The notes below the pieces were generated by a model. The model did no database searches. It saw nothing but the letters and a program-made list of their open reading frames with translations, and was not told where the DNA came from. From Bdellovibrionia bacterium (GTDB lineage: Bacteria; Bdellovibrionota; Bdellovibrionia; Bdellovibrionales; JAGQZY01): a stretch of DNA of 64,000 nt. Of this stretch, positions 19,238 through 30,757 are shown piece after piece (position 1 is the first letter of the stretch; each line of letters starts with the position of its first letter). Where the stretch lies: the NCBI GenBank assembly GCA_030424715.1, contig JAUHWH010000004.1:32437-96436 (forward strand), given 5' to 3'. Position numbers and translations under genes: made by a program.

Positions 19238-20260
19238 CTACATCGCAATTTTATGGTGACCCGAATTAATGTAATTCAGGGTTTGGGCCGTGAGCATGCC
19301 GACTAAATCCAGTCGCGTCTCTCGCTCGCTTTTAGTTAATCGTAGTTTTTTCTCGCGACAACTGATAATCACCTCTTTGAGCATTTGATCGATGGTGTAC
19401 TTATACTGCCCTGTCCATCGCGAGACTTTCTCTCGGATTAACTTTTTTTCTTGATTGATAAATTGCGAGGCGAGCTTGTTGCCCGCGAAATCGGCCTCAT
19501 TAGAGAAGAGCCGAAATAATAACGGGTCCATGTAAAAGCCTTGATCCAGACCCAGGTCTTCAATTTTTTCGCTGTAATAGGTTTTCAGCTTCCGGCGACT
19601 GCGTTTGATTGAGCCGGGCTCAGCCTTTTTGTTCACTGAGGGGCGCTGGTTACTGATTTCACCCATGATCTCATCGACCAGCTTGAGCTTATTAACCGCT
19701 GGCCATCGGGCGTAACGCTTGCGCCAGTTTGAATGTGGGTTGAGCCATACGGCGAAAGTTTCAGCCCAGTCCTCGTCAGGATGAGCCTGTGCATACCATG
19801 AGTTAAGATGGACCACATACTTCCTGGAATAGGCTCGCGGGGCATATTCTTCGGGGTAGGGGGTTGATGATAGGCCGAACAGCTTTTGACGTTTTCTGGA
19901 CTTTCGAAGCCGGTAGGCGTTGTCAATGGCATGGCCGGTTTCATGACGGAGCAACTTAATACACTCGCGCTCCGCGAAGCCCTCAGCATCGAAGAGCAGC
20001 TTTTTCTGCAGGCGAGCCAACCGTTCGTTAACTACAAAAAAGGGAATGGCAATCCCTGGAATGCCATCCACCGAAAACCAGTCTTCCGAGACCCAGACGT
20101 GGGGTTCGAAGGGCAAGCCCTTTTTTCTCAACTCTTTGTAGAGTCTCTCAACAACGGATTCGACCCGGCTACCTTGAATCTTTAGGCCCAAATCGGAGAA
20201 CTTCAGTTCAAGAAGTTCATTGTCGGAGAGCTTTTCCCAAGAATATTTCGCACGTGCCAT
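19238..20260 (-). CDS. Putative zinc-binding metallopeptidase (HExxH)
   Basis: HETGHAIDNAY motif. The stop lies 2 nt before the ATP-grasp start, giving an operon pair. Confidence 0.6.
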   Translation of the reverse strand: MARAKYSWEKLSDNELLELKFSDLGLKIQGSRVESVVERLYKELRKKGLPFEPHVWVSEDWFSVDGIPGIAIPFFVVNERLARLQKKLLFDAEGFAERECIKLLRHETGHAIDNAYRLRKSRKRQKLFGLSSTPYPEEYAPRAYSRKYVVHLNSWYAQAHPDEDWAETFAVWLNPHSNWRKRYARWPAVNKLKLVDEIMGEISNQRPSVNKKAEPGSIKRSRRKLKTYYSEKIEDLGLDQGFYMDPLLFRLFSNEADFAGNKLASQFINQEKKLIREKVSRWTGQYKYTIDQMLKEVIISCREKKLRLTKSERETRLDLVGMLTAQTLNYINSGHHKIAM

Positions 20261-20543
20261 TTCTAAATCATAGATCGATCTTTTTTCGATGTCATATTGA
20301 GGTGCATTGAGGGAACTTTAATCCCGCATTTTCGATTTCATACCAAAAGGTCCCGGTTGCCAGGTGCTGGGCCTCGTGCGAACCCGAGGCTGAAGTCCTT
20401 TGGGGGCAAGGGCTAGCCTCTGAAACTTTATACCGCCAGAAGAGGGCTATCAATCAGACCAGGATTGGGGTAAAAAAGCGGAGTCGTTGGTTGCGTTAGC
20501 AAACTTGACGGCTCAAAATGAAGATTACTGTAAACGGTGAGGT

Positions 20544-21035
20544 TTGGTTTTGGCGCGTCAAATATGTGTGCTCTGTAATAAGAATAAGACATCTCTATTT
20601 TGTGATTCTTGCGGCGATGTGAGTTGTAAAAATTGTGTGGAGTTCATCGATGAGGACCATTTCGAGTGGCTTTCCCTCTTGCCGGATGACCTCAAAAACC
20701 GAACCTTTTGTCGCAACTGCTACAATCAAGGGATTGACGACAGAATCATCCGCTATCGCGACATCGCCGAAAAGGCCAAGAAGGTCGACGTCTTCAGCAA
20801 GACCCAAACCAAAGAGACTCGAAGAATCAAACGGGTGGAAGACCCCATTCGGGTGGTCGACTGCGAGGACAAAGCCGAAGCCTTACTGAAGCTGGCTTTT
20901 ATCACCGCAGATAAAGGCTTTGATACCATCATTGATACGGAGATCACCTCTAAAAAAGTGGGCGAGGGCAAGAGTTACAAAAAACTCATTTGGTCTGGCA
21001 CTGGAGTGCCCGCAGATCCGTCCCTTAAAAAGTAA
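20544..21035 (+). CDS. Cys-rich zinc-finger protein (hypothetical)
   Basis: CVLCNKNKTSLFCDSCGDVSCKNCVEF...FCRNCY, i.e. four CxxC pairs. TTG start after GGTGAGG. Confidence 0.45.
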   Translation: MVLARQICVLCNKNKTSLFCDSCGDVSCKNCVEFIDEDHFEWLSLLPDDLKNRTFCRNCYNQGIDDRIIRYRDIAEKAKKVDVFSKTQTKETRRIKRVEDPIRVVDCEDKAEALLKLAFITADKGFDTIIDTEITSKKVGEGKSYKKLIWSGTGVPADPSLKK

Positions 21036-21064
21036 TTTTCTATATTTTCAAGAAAGCCGTCACG

Positions 21065-22465
21065 CTATTTGAACACTCTGGAGTTTTTCGATTTTCCGGG
21101 CGATGTTTTTTTAGAGCTCTTCTTAAAAGACTTGGCCGATTTGCCGGGCTCCGACTTCTTTGACGAAAAAGATTTTTTGTTGTCACTGCGCTTGAACTTC
21201 TTTTTGGAGCCGGATTTGGATTTGTCGTTTTTGCGAAACGGCTTGCGGCCCTCTTGTCTACGCTGGGTTTCTAACTTCTTTTTTGCCTTGCCGACCTTCA
21301 TAACAGCCGCGTCTTGCGCCTCTTGGCTATGATAAGGGTGATCGGTGTCCACCGGGATTTTTTGACTGGTGGTCTTTTCGACATTCACAAAGTAGGACTT
21401 TTCATCGGCTGTTACAAGAGAGATCGCTGTACCATCAGCTCCTGCGCGGGCGGTTCGACCAATTCGGTGCACGTAGCTCTCGGCAATGTTCGACAACTCA
21501 AAGTTGATGACGTGGGTGATGCCACTAATATCAATGCCACGGGAGGCAATATCGGTTGCGACCATCACTCTCACTTTGTCGTCTGTAAAATCTTTGATCG
21601 CCTGCTGCCGGGCATTTTGTGATTTATTGCCATGGATAGCCACAGCTCGAATGCCATTGGCTTCGAGCTTTTCAGTCACTCTGTTGGCCACATGTTTCAT
21701 CTCTACGAACACAAGAGTTTTTTGCTGTTTTTTGTCTTTTAACAGGTGAACGAGTAAATTAATTTTGTCTTTCTTTTCGACAAACAAGACCGACTGATCG
21801 ATGCGTTTGACGGTCGTGGCAGGTGGAGTCACTTCGACAGTTTTTGGGTTTTCTAATATTGTGTTGGCGAGCTTTTCAATTTCAGTGGGCATGGTCGCCG
21901 AGAAGAATAGATTATGACGTTTTTGGGGAAGCATCGGGAGAATCTTTTTGATATCTCTCATAAAGCCCATGTCCAACATGCGATCGGCTTCGTCGAGGAC
22001 AAAAACTTCCACACGGTTGAGTTTAATATAGCCTTGATCAATCAGATCCAGCAGGCGCCCGGGAGTGGCCACCAGTACATCGACACCACCCTTCATTTCT
22101 TTGACTTGCTTACCCTGCCCGACGCCGCCAAAAATGACGGAATAGTTTTGACCCATGTTTTGGCCATAGGTCTTCAGGTTCTCATGAATCTGAATGGCCA
22201 ACTCACGGGTGGGGGTTAAAATAAGGGCCCGTGGACAGCGAGATTCCCGTTTGATTTTGTTTTTGGCAAGGGAATGAATCATGGGGAGGCAGAAGGCCGC
22301 TGTTTTTCCGGTGCCCGTTTGAGCGATGCCGAGCACATCATGCCCTTGGAGAACGAGGGGGATGGTCTGTTGTTGAATCGGCGTGGGAGTTTCGTAGCCA
22401 ATTTTTGAGAGAGCCTCTTGGATAGGGGCGGCGAGTTTGATGTCCGAGAATTTATTTGCAGTCAT
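21065..22465 (-). CDS. rhlE: DEAD-box ATP-dependent RNA helicase (RhlE-like) with basic C-terminal tail
   Basis: Q-motif, AQTGTGKTAAF, DEAD, SAT and HRIGRTARAG motifs. Lys-rich tail. Confidence 0.9.
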   Translation of the reverse strand: MTANKFSDIKLAAPIQEALSKIGYETPTPIQQQTIPLVLQGHDVLGIAQTGTGKTAAFCLPMIHSLAKNKIKRESRCPRALILTPTRELAIQIHENLKTYGQNMGQNYSVIFGGVGQGKQVKEMKGGVDVLVATPGRLLDLIDQGYIKLNRVEVFVLDEADRMLDMGFMRDIKKILPMLPQKRHNLFFSATMPTEIEKLANTILENPKTVEVTPPATTVKRIDQSVLFVEKKDKINLLVHLLKDKKQQKTLVFVEMKHVANRVTEKLEANGIRAVAIHGNKSQNARQQAIKDFTDDKVRVMVATDIASRGIDISGITHVINFELSNIAESYVHRIGRTARAGADGTAISLVTADEKSYFVNVEKTTSQKIPVDTDHPYHSQEAQDAAVMKVGKAKKKLETQRRQEGRKPFRKNDKSKSGSKKKFKRSDNKKSFSSKKSEPGKSAKSFKKSSKKTSPGKSKNSRVFK

Positions 22466-22592
22466 GATATCCGATCAAAGCGTAAACTTTGCAATATCAC
22501 TATCTCGAAACGATCAGGGCGTCCACCACGATTTTGGCAGAAGAATACTTTGCAATCTTAGGAGGCAACAGGTTAGCTTTCGAGGCAGTATT

Positions 22593-23327
22593 ATGAGTAT
22601 TAATTTTGAAGAAATCGATTTTAAACCCACTTCTCTAGGTGCACTGATCCTGCGGCGCCGGCGCATGCCCCGCTTTGGCGATCTAGACATCTACGAGGTC
22701 AAGTTGGGTGACGACTTTCTTATGACAAGCCTGTTTCACGAAGCCGAGGACCAGTTGGCCCATCTGGGGCTGGCAGCCCTGGCGGGAGATGGCTTCAAGG
22801 GTGACCTCGATATCGTTGTGGGTGGTTTAGGCTTGGGGTATACGGCCGTGGAGTCCCTCAGAGACCCCCGAGTTCGTTCGCTGGTGGTCGTGGATTTCTT
22901 GCAAGAGGTGATCGACTGGCACCAGAAGGAGCTTGTTCCCATGGGGCGTATTTTAAAGGATGATGTTCGTTGTCACCTGGTGCAGGGTGATTTTTTTGCT
23001 CTCGCGAAAATACAAAGTCAGGGGTTTGATCCTCGTACTCCCCAAAAAAAGCATCACGCCATTCTGCTTGATATTGATCACACTCCTGATCAGGTTTTGA
23101 GTCCGTCCAATGTCGAGCTTTACACTGAGAAGGGCCTAAGTGAGCTGGCCACTCACTTGCTTCCCCAGGGGGTCTTCGCCTTGTGGACGGATGGCGTGGC
23201 TCTCGAAGAATTCCGGTTGCGTCTCGAAAAAGTGTTTGGAAGTGCCCAGGCTCACACCATTACTTTTGACAACCCCTTGCATGACGGGGCTTCTACCGGG
23301 GCGGTGTATGTGGCGCGACTTTTATGA
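22593..23327 (+). CDS. Spermidine-synthase-like SAM-dependent methyltransferase-fold protein
   Basis: VVGGLGLGYT SAM-fold glycine motif. The ATG at 22593 follows an AGGAGG-like site; the track's 22437 start overlaps the helicase gene. Confidence 0.55.
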   Translation: MSINFEEIDFKPTSLGALILRRRRMPRFGDLDIYEVKLGDDFLMTSLFHEAEDQLAHLGLAALAGDGFKGDLDIVVGGLGLGYTAVESLRDPRVRSLVVVDFLQEVIDWHQKELVPMGRILKDDVRCHLVQGDFFALAKIQSQGFDPRTPQKKHHAILLDIDHTPDQVLSPSNVELYTEKGLSELATHLLPQGVFALWTDGVALEEFRLRLEKVFGSAQAHTITFDNPLHDGASTGAVYVARLL

Positions 23328-23579
23328 TCAGAGATCTTTAAGGTTCGCGAGAATTTTGTCTTCGCTGCCGCGCAGGGGTTTGAAAAGGTATTCAAGCCCG
23401 TTCACTTTCACTTCGTAGACGATAGACAGCAGGCGTCCGATCTCTCCCTCAGGATACCCTTTATTGTTAAACCAGTTCACATAGGCCTCTGGCAGGTCGA
23501 CCAAGACGGTGCCAGCATAACGCCCAAACGGCATTTTATAGTTTGCCAAGGTGACTAAGTCTTTGGGTTCAAAAATCAT
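23328..23579 (-). CDS. DUF3820-family protein
   Basis: KMPFGRYAGTVLVDLPEAYVNWF signature. ATG 23579 with a GAAGGA RBS. Confidence 0.6.
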   Translation of the reverse strand: MIFEPKDLVTLANYKMPFGRYAGTVLVDLPEAYVNWFNNKGYPEGEIGRLLSIVYEVKVNGLEYLFKPLRGSEDKILANLKDL

Positions 23580-23815
23580 GATTGTCCTTCTCGGGCACAA
23601 GTTTAAAGCTCCCCCAGTATCCTAGAATAGGTAATTTATGGCAAATGGGATGTCTTGATTCATAGATATCGTCCCGTCCGTTCGTAAAGACCCGTCATCT
23701 CGCACTTTTATATGCCACGTCACTAGTGAAGAACTTGGGGGTTTTTGGTATTGTCGAGGGGTTGTCTCTATTGTTTGTTTTAAGAGTCAGTTAATGAGTG
23801 CCACTAGGGAGGCCC

Positions 23816-24520
23816 ATGGGCGGAATCGATCTTTATCAGTTGTTTGAGCCTAAATCTTCAACCTACACTTATATTTTGGTCGACCCTAGCGCACGAGAGG
23901 GAGTCATCATCGACTCTGTGGTCGACACTGTCGAAAGAGACCTTCAGCTCATCAAAGAGTTGGGTGTAAAAATAAGCCATGCTCTAGAAACCCATGTCCA
24001 TGCCGATCACATTACAGGAGCGGGGATTGTTCGAGACCAACTTGGAGCAAAATATGGAGTTTCGAAGCATTCGGGTGTGAGCTGCGCGGACCTTCTTGTT
24101 GAAGATGGTCAAGACCTTGTCTTTGGTAACTATAAGATAAAGGTCATGGAGACACCCGGACATACTGACGCTTGCACAAGCTTTCTTTGTGACGGCAAGG
24201 TTTTTACGGGAGACACTTTGTTGATCCGTGGTTGTGGAAGAACCGACTTTCAGCAAGGGAGTCCCCATAAACTTTTTAATAGCGTGAGAAATAAGTTGTT
24301 CAACTTACCAGATGACACCCATGTGTATCCGGCCCATGACTACAAGGGACACACGCGCTCAACCATTGGCCTGGAGAAAGCCTTTAACCCAAGGTTGAAT
24401 TTAGAAATCTCAGAAGAGAAGTTCACCGAGATAATGAACAACCTCAACCTCCCGCACCCGAAGCAAATTGACCAAGCCGTACCCGGTAACATGGCTTGTG
24501 GTATGAAGCAGCCTGTCTAG
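23816..24520 (+). CDS. MBL-fold hydrolase, ETHE1-like persulfide dioxygenase / glyoxalase II family
   Basis: THVHADHITG metal motif, TPGHT, and YPAHDY. ATG 23816 after GGGAGG. Confidence 0.8.
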   Translation: MGGIDLYQLFEPKSSTYTYILVDPSAREGVIIDSVVDTVERDLQLIKELGVKISHALETHVHADHITGAGIVRDQLGAKYGVSKHSGVSCADLLVEDGQDLVFGNYKIKVMETPGHTDACTSFLCDGKVFTGDTLLIRGCGRTDFQQGSPHKLFNSVRNKLFNLPDDTHVYPAHDYKGHTRSTIGLEKAFNPRLNLEISEEKFTEIMNNLNLPHPKQIDQAVPGNMACGMKQPV

Positions 24521-24602
24521 AAGCGATTCTGCACAAGGGTCTCTTTTTGAGATTGATGCTGCTGCCTGGCAGAATTTCTAGACCGAATTGAAAAACTGGA
24601 TC

Positions 24603-24633
24603 TTGATTTTTTACCGACAATGGCTATTATAAT
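24603..24633 (+). promoter_or_regulatory. Sigma70-like promoter candidate
   Basis: TTGATT (24603-08), a 16-nt spacer, then TATTAT (24625-30), overlapping a perfect TATAAT at 24628-33. Confidence 0.35.
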
Positions 24634-24710
24634 TATACAGCCCAACTTGTTTAAGATGTGGGTGCTAACTTTTTAATTGAGCAATCGTTCAACCAAAGAA
24701 GGAGGTGCAA

Positions 24711-24794
24711 ATGTCTTTGCTCAGCAAGGTTATCAAGAAAATTCAAAATCTTTTTAAAGTGTTTCGTCCCCCGGACGCCCGTCCATCCATTTAA
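24711..24794 (+). CDS. Unannotated 27-aa cationic micro-ORF
   Basis: MSLLSKVIKKIQNLFKVFRPPDARPSI*. A strong AAGGAGGT RBS lies 5 nt upstream of the ATG. Confidence 0.35.
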   Translation: MSLLSKVIKKIQNLFKVFRPPDARPSI

Positions 24795-24842
24795 ATTATC
24801 GTAAAAGTTATATTTTTTTTGAAAATAGAATAGGAGGTACTT

Positions 24843-25175
24843 GTGTCTTACGATTTTTTAAAGATTCAATATGAAAACTTCAGTCCAAAATGGGATCAAA
24901 AGCAGCTGGCCTTAGCAGTGATGAGAAATATTGAATTCGCTGCCCCTAGCGATTCTTGCGTGCGTTTTGATGTGACGAAAGCGGATCAAGGGTACAGAGG
25001 CCGCTGTCGAGTGACTTCAGCCTCTGGCGTATTTGCAGCGGAGAGTGAGGCCACCAGCCTCGAAGCCCTGGTGGTCGACATCGAAGGTGTGATCCACGAC
25101 CAGCTGAACTCCTGGAAGGCCACTCGGTTTCGCAACACGAGCGACCCATCGCCCACTCTGGCATCAGCATCATAA
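24843..25175 (+). CDS. Hypothetical protein, possibly HPF/RaiA-like fold
   Basis: GTG start after TAGGAGGT. A beta-alpha-beta-beta-beta-alpha-like pattern with ...SLEALVVDIEGVIHDQLNSWK, resembling the ribosome-hibernation-factor layout (weak, judged by eye). Confidence 0.45.
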   Translation: MSYDFLKIQYENFSPKWDQKQLALAVMRNIEFAAPSDSCVRFDVTKADQGYRGRCRVTSASGVFAAESEATSLEALVVDIEGVIHDQLNSWKATRFRNTSDPSPTLASAS

Positions 25176-25188
25176 AAAGGGGGGAGCA

Positions 25189-25557
25189 ATGAATTACTCA
25201 CAAGCATATTTTTACGATATCTCTTGCTTGGGACTAGCTGAGCCAGAGGTTTTTGAAGCACAGGCAAGAAAAGTTATTAACGAGATCAATCAAACCGTCG
25301 GCTGGGATGGCTGTACCAAAGTTAATCTCGAGCCCTTGTCGGAGTCGAAAAAGCTATTCTCTCTTTCGATCTACACTGAAATGAATCGGCACCCCATCTT
25401 TGTCACAAAACAGGGCCGAAAACCTTCGAGCCTTTTGAGTAAGGCTAAGAAAGCCGTTAAAAAGAAGGCGAGGGAGATTCAGTTTAGAGACACGAAAAGG
25501 CAACGCTTGGGTCATCACTCAGGGTTAGATTTTTCCACTTACGGGGAAGCCTCGTAA
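25189..25557 (+). CDS. Hypothetical protein, distant paralog-like partner of the previous ORF, with a basic tail
   Basis: GGGGGAG RBS. Similar layout with ...SSLLSKAKKAVKKKAREIQ. Confidence 0.45.
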   Translation: MNYSQAYFYDISCLGLAEPEVFEAQARKVINEINQTVGWDGCTKVNLEPLSESKKLFSLSIYTEMNRHPIFVTKQGRKPSSLLSKAKKAVKKKAREIQFRDTKRQRLGHHSGLDFSTYGEAS

Positions 25558-25561
25558 TATC

Positions 25562-25602
25562 CGAGGAGACCTCTCTCGCTTTAGAGTGAGGGGGGCTCCT
25601 CG
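25562..25602 (+). terminator. Hairpin downstream of the 25189 ORF (terminator-like, no clear T-run)
   Basis: CGAGGAG ... CTCCTCG 7-bp stem enclosing a second CCTCTC/GAGGGG pairing. Confidence 0.3.
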
Positions 25603-25704
25603 CCTCTTATAATTAAGATTTGTTTTTGTGCTGGAACCGATCTAACCTTCTCTTTATTATCCTGTTGATCCGTCGTTATTCGATACAACCGAAGGGAGCG
25701 TCCC

Positions 25705-26106
25705 GTGTCACTTGCAGCGAAACTAAAAGTTGGTCTTTTTTCACTTCGCATCGGTGTTTTTGTAGTGATGATCATGTGGACCATCGATAAGTTTGTAAAC
25801 CCGGGGCACGCGGCGCGGGTTTTTCAAAAGTTCTATTTGATCGAGGGCCTTTCCGTACCGTTTTCGTATCTTGTCGGCGGTCTGCAGTTGATTGTGGTTC
25901 TGGGCTTTTTGGTGGGCGCCTATAAAAAGTGGACTTACGGAACTCTTTTGATTTTGCACGGCATCTCTACTTTGAGCACTTGGCAGATGTATCTGGACCC
26001 CTGGGGCCCACGAAATTTACTCTTCTTCGCCGCTTGGCCTATGCTCTCCGCCTTGTTTTGCTTATTTCTGCTAAGAGACGAAGACAGGCTACTCAGCCTT
26101 CACTAG
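25705..26106 (+). CDS. DoxX-like 4-TM membrane protein
   Basis: GTG start. 133 aa with four hydrophobic helices. Confidence 0.5.
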   Translation: MSLAAKLKVGLFSLRIGVFVVMIMWTIDKFVNPGHAARVFQKFYLIEGLSVPFSYLVGGLQLIVVLGFLVGAYKKWTYGTLLILHGISTLSTWQMYLDPWGPRNLLFFAAWPMLSALFCLFLLRDEDRLLSLH

Positions 26107-26278
26107 AAATTCCCTTTCCCGTAGTGGGCGAGTTTTCTTTGCCAGCCTCTTGCGGGTGTTCGAAGGGAAAGTCGCGGTCCAATCAGCTGGTTGACGTGTC
26201 ATTTTGTATAATCCTCTTGATCTCAGTCTGTTTTTTGTGAAGACTTCCATCGAACAAAAATTCACTGAAGGAGAAGTA

Positions 26279-27289
26279 ATGCGAACACTTATACTATTTT
26301 TAGGGATCATCAGTTTGTCGGCCTGTAATGGCGGCGGCGGCGGTGGTAATGGCGCCAATGGTGGCGGTGTTCCCGGGGGCGAGCTCCCCGCACTTACGGA
26401 GACCCAAAAAGATCGAATGTCTCAGGTTTCTGCTGAAGCCTCTGAGATCGGAACAGTGGCTGATGCCTATGGCGAGCCGAAGCCTAATCAACCCGGCCAA
26501 CAAACTGAACAAGGAACTGCGAATCCCTTCGACCTTGGCGCCACGGTCAATCGTCAGCTCAGAGCTGCAGGAAAATTGTCTAAAAAAGGCACCCAATTGA
26601 AAAGCGAGATGGACTCAGCCATGTGGCAGGGGGCCTGTACAGTAACAATGCAACCCGCAGTGGGTAACAGCAATGGCAGTGTGGGTTCGCTTGAGAATGT
26701 TGAGGTCGGTTTTGTTATAGCAAATTCAAAAAACTCTGCTAGTCAGTGTCCGATCTATTACAAAAGTACCAGCAAGACATCGAACGTTGGAACGGAAGCC
26801 AACACCAAGTCTTCAACCCAGTCTTTTAATGAGTTCCGCACAAACAGTGATCATTCGGTGCATGAGCTAATGGATGTGACGGCGTTTCAATTCGATATGA
26901 CTTCTGACGTCAGCTCGGTCGTTGAGAATCAATCTGCAGTGACGATGTCCATGGCAGCCAAAGGCACGGGATCATTGGTATCAAAAACTGAGGGTGAAGT
27001 ATCTATAAATATCGGCCTATCCGGTGGTGGACGTTTCGTGGCCGCCGAAAATACGGGACAAGCCACGGGATCTATGAATATGAGTTTTACCTACACAGTT
27101 ACCTTGTCTGATTTTGCAGCGGTTGGTCACTCCACTGTGAATATGACCATGAACGGCAACGAGCCTCAGATTGACGCCAAGTTTTTTATAAACGGTGAAG
27201 AAGTCTCAGAAGAAGAGTTCGGTCAAATTTTTCAGCAAGAGGCGGTGCTGGGCACCGAAGATGTAGAGTCTATGTTCAACGCCCAGTAA
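26279..27289 (+). CDS. Lipoprotein with Gly-rich linker (hypothetical)
   Basis: ATG 26279 after GAAGGAG. Lipobox LGIISLSACNGGGGGGNG. S/T/N-rich beta-type sequence. Confidence 0.6.
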   Translation: MRTLILFLGIISLSACNGGGGGGNGANGGGVPGGELPALTETQKDRMSQVSAEASEIGTVADAYGEPKPNQPGQQTEQGTANPFDLGATVNRQLRAAGKLSKKGTQLKSEMDSAMWQGACTVTMQPAVGNSNGSVGSLENVEVGFVIANSKNSASQCPIYYKSTSKTSNVGTEANTKSSTQSFNEFRTNSDHSVHELMDVTAFQFDMTSDVSSVVENQSAVTMSMAAKGTGSLVSKTEGEVSINIGLSGGGRFVAAENTGQATGSMNMSFTYTVTLSDFAAVGHSTVNMTMNGNEPQIDAKFFINGEEVSEEEFGQIFQQEAVLGTEDVESMFNAQ

Positions 27290-27336
27290 TTCGGGTAAGA
27301 TTTTTGCTAGAACCTCGGTTCTAAAAAATTAAAAAA

Positions 27337-27364
27337 GGGAGCGCCATTGCCGCTCCCTTTTTTT
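27337..27364 (+). terminator. Rho-independent terminator
   Basis: GGGAGCG-CCATTGC-CGCTCCC followed by TTTTTTT, and preceded by an A-run. Confidence 0.75.
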
Positions 27365-27543
27365 ATTGTGAGAGAGAGCTCTTTGTCACCTGAGTACCTG
27401 TTGTTGTGGCTAGATCATTAAAAATCAAATTCTGTGTATTGATTGTTTGATTTGCTGTTCGGGATGGGACAGCATGGTGGTCTCGAGCCCTAGTAAATCA
27501 CCTCTCTGGGTGATTCAGGGTTTCGTTTTCATGGGGGTCTGGG

Positions 27544-28176
27544 GTGCGTTACTTATTAGTATTTTTAGTAGTTTTCTACTCGGCGACCGTTCTTTCTTAC
27601 GACCGTGCTGAATGGCGCCATTGGATTGATGCCGATCGAGACTGTCAAAATACCCGAGCCGAAGTTCTGATCGCATGGAGCATCGAAGATGTAAGTTTTA
27701 AAAGAGGGAAAAATTGCGTGGTTGAATCTGGTTTTTGGGTCGACCCTTACACTGGCAAGGCGATCACTCAGGCCTCTCAAATGGATGTCGACCATGTGAT
27801 TCCGCTGAAGTTTGCCCACGAGAACGGTGCCGGTGGCTGGAGTCGGGATGATAAAAAGGCTTTCGCCAATGACTTCGTCAATCTGACCCCCGTTTCTCGG
27901 TCCGCCAATAGATCAAAGGGAGCGAAGGGCCCTATGCAGTGGATGCCGTCCAATAAGCTTTACACCTGTGACTATTTAATGGCATGGCAAAGAGTGCTCA
28001 AGCGATATCCCATTCAATCGACAGAAGTCACAAAAATTCAAAAGACATACGTTAGCCAATGCAGCAAGACTCCGGTTCGAAGGCCCGCCTCAGGCCGGCC
28101 GGCAAATAATACCGGATCAAACTCTGACAAGTCCGGAGATAATACTGCCGGTTCTGGGCCTCTGAAAACCAACTGA
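27544..28176 (+). CDS. Secreted HNH/DUF1524-type endonuclease
   Basis: Signal peptide MRYLLVFLVVFYSATVLS. DVDHVIPLKFAHENGAGGW...VNLTPVSRSANRSKG motif. Confidence 0.65.
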   Translation: MRYLLVFLVVFYSATVLSYDRAEWRHWIDADRDCQNTRAEVLIAWSIEDVSFKRGKNCVVESGFWVDPYTGKAITQASQMDVDHVIPLKFAHENGAGGWSRDDKKAFANDFVNLTPVSRSANRSKGAKGPMQWMPSNKLYTCDYLMAWQRVLKRYPIQSTEVTKIQKTYVSQCSKTPVRRPASGRPANNTGSNSDKSGDNTAGSGPLKTN

Positions 28177-28330
28177 GTTGGTCCTCTCTGTCGAAAATAC
28201 AAACAGTCAAGACGACTGATAAGGGCCGCTCTTATATCAGAATTCTGCGATTCGTTGTGGCTGATCGGAATTGATACCCCTAGATATGTAATATTTTATA
28301 TTCTGATCCAACATTGAGGTAGCGAAACAA

Positions 28331-30728
<2,398 letters not shown>

Positions 30729-30757
30729 CGGTTGTTCGTCAGCACAAAAGTGAAGAA

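Noticed and set aside
22437-22592. N-terminal extensions given by the ORF track: 22437, 26204, 42348, 43820, 45780, 52052, 59286, and 34913, 49887, 61669, 8310, 23600 on the minus strand.
   Set aside because: Internal ATGs preceded by good Shine-Dalgarno sites yield proper signal peptides or lipoboxes and remove overlaps with neighbouring genes. The extensions are probably non-coding.
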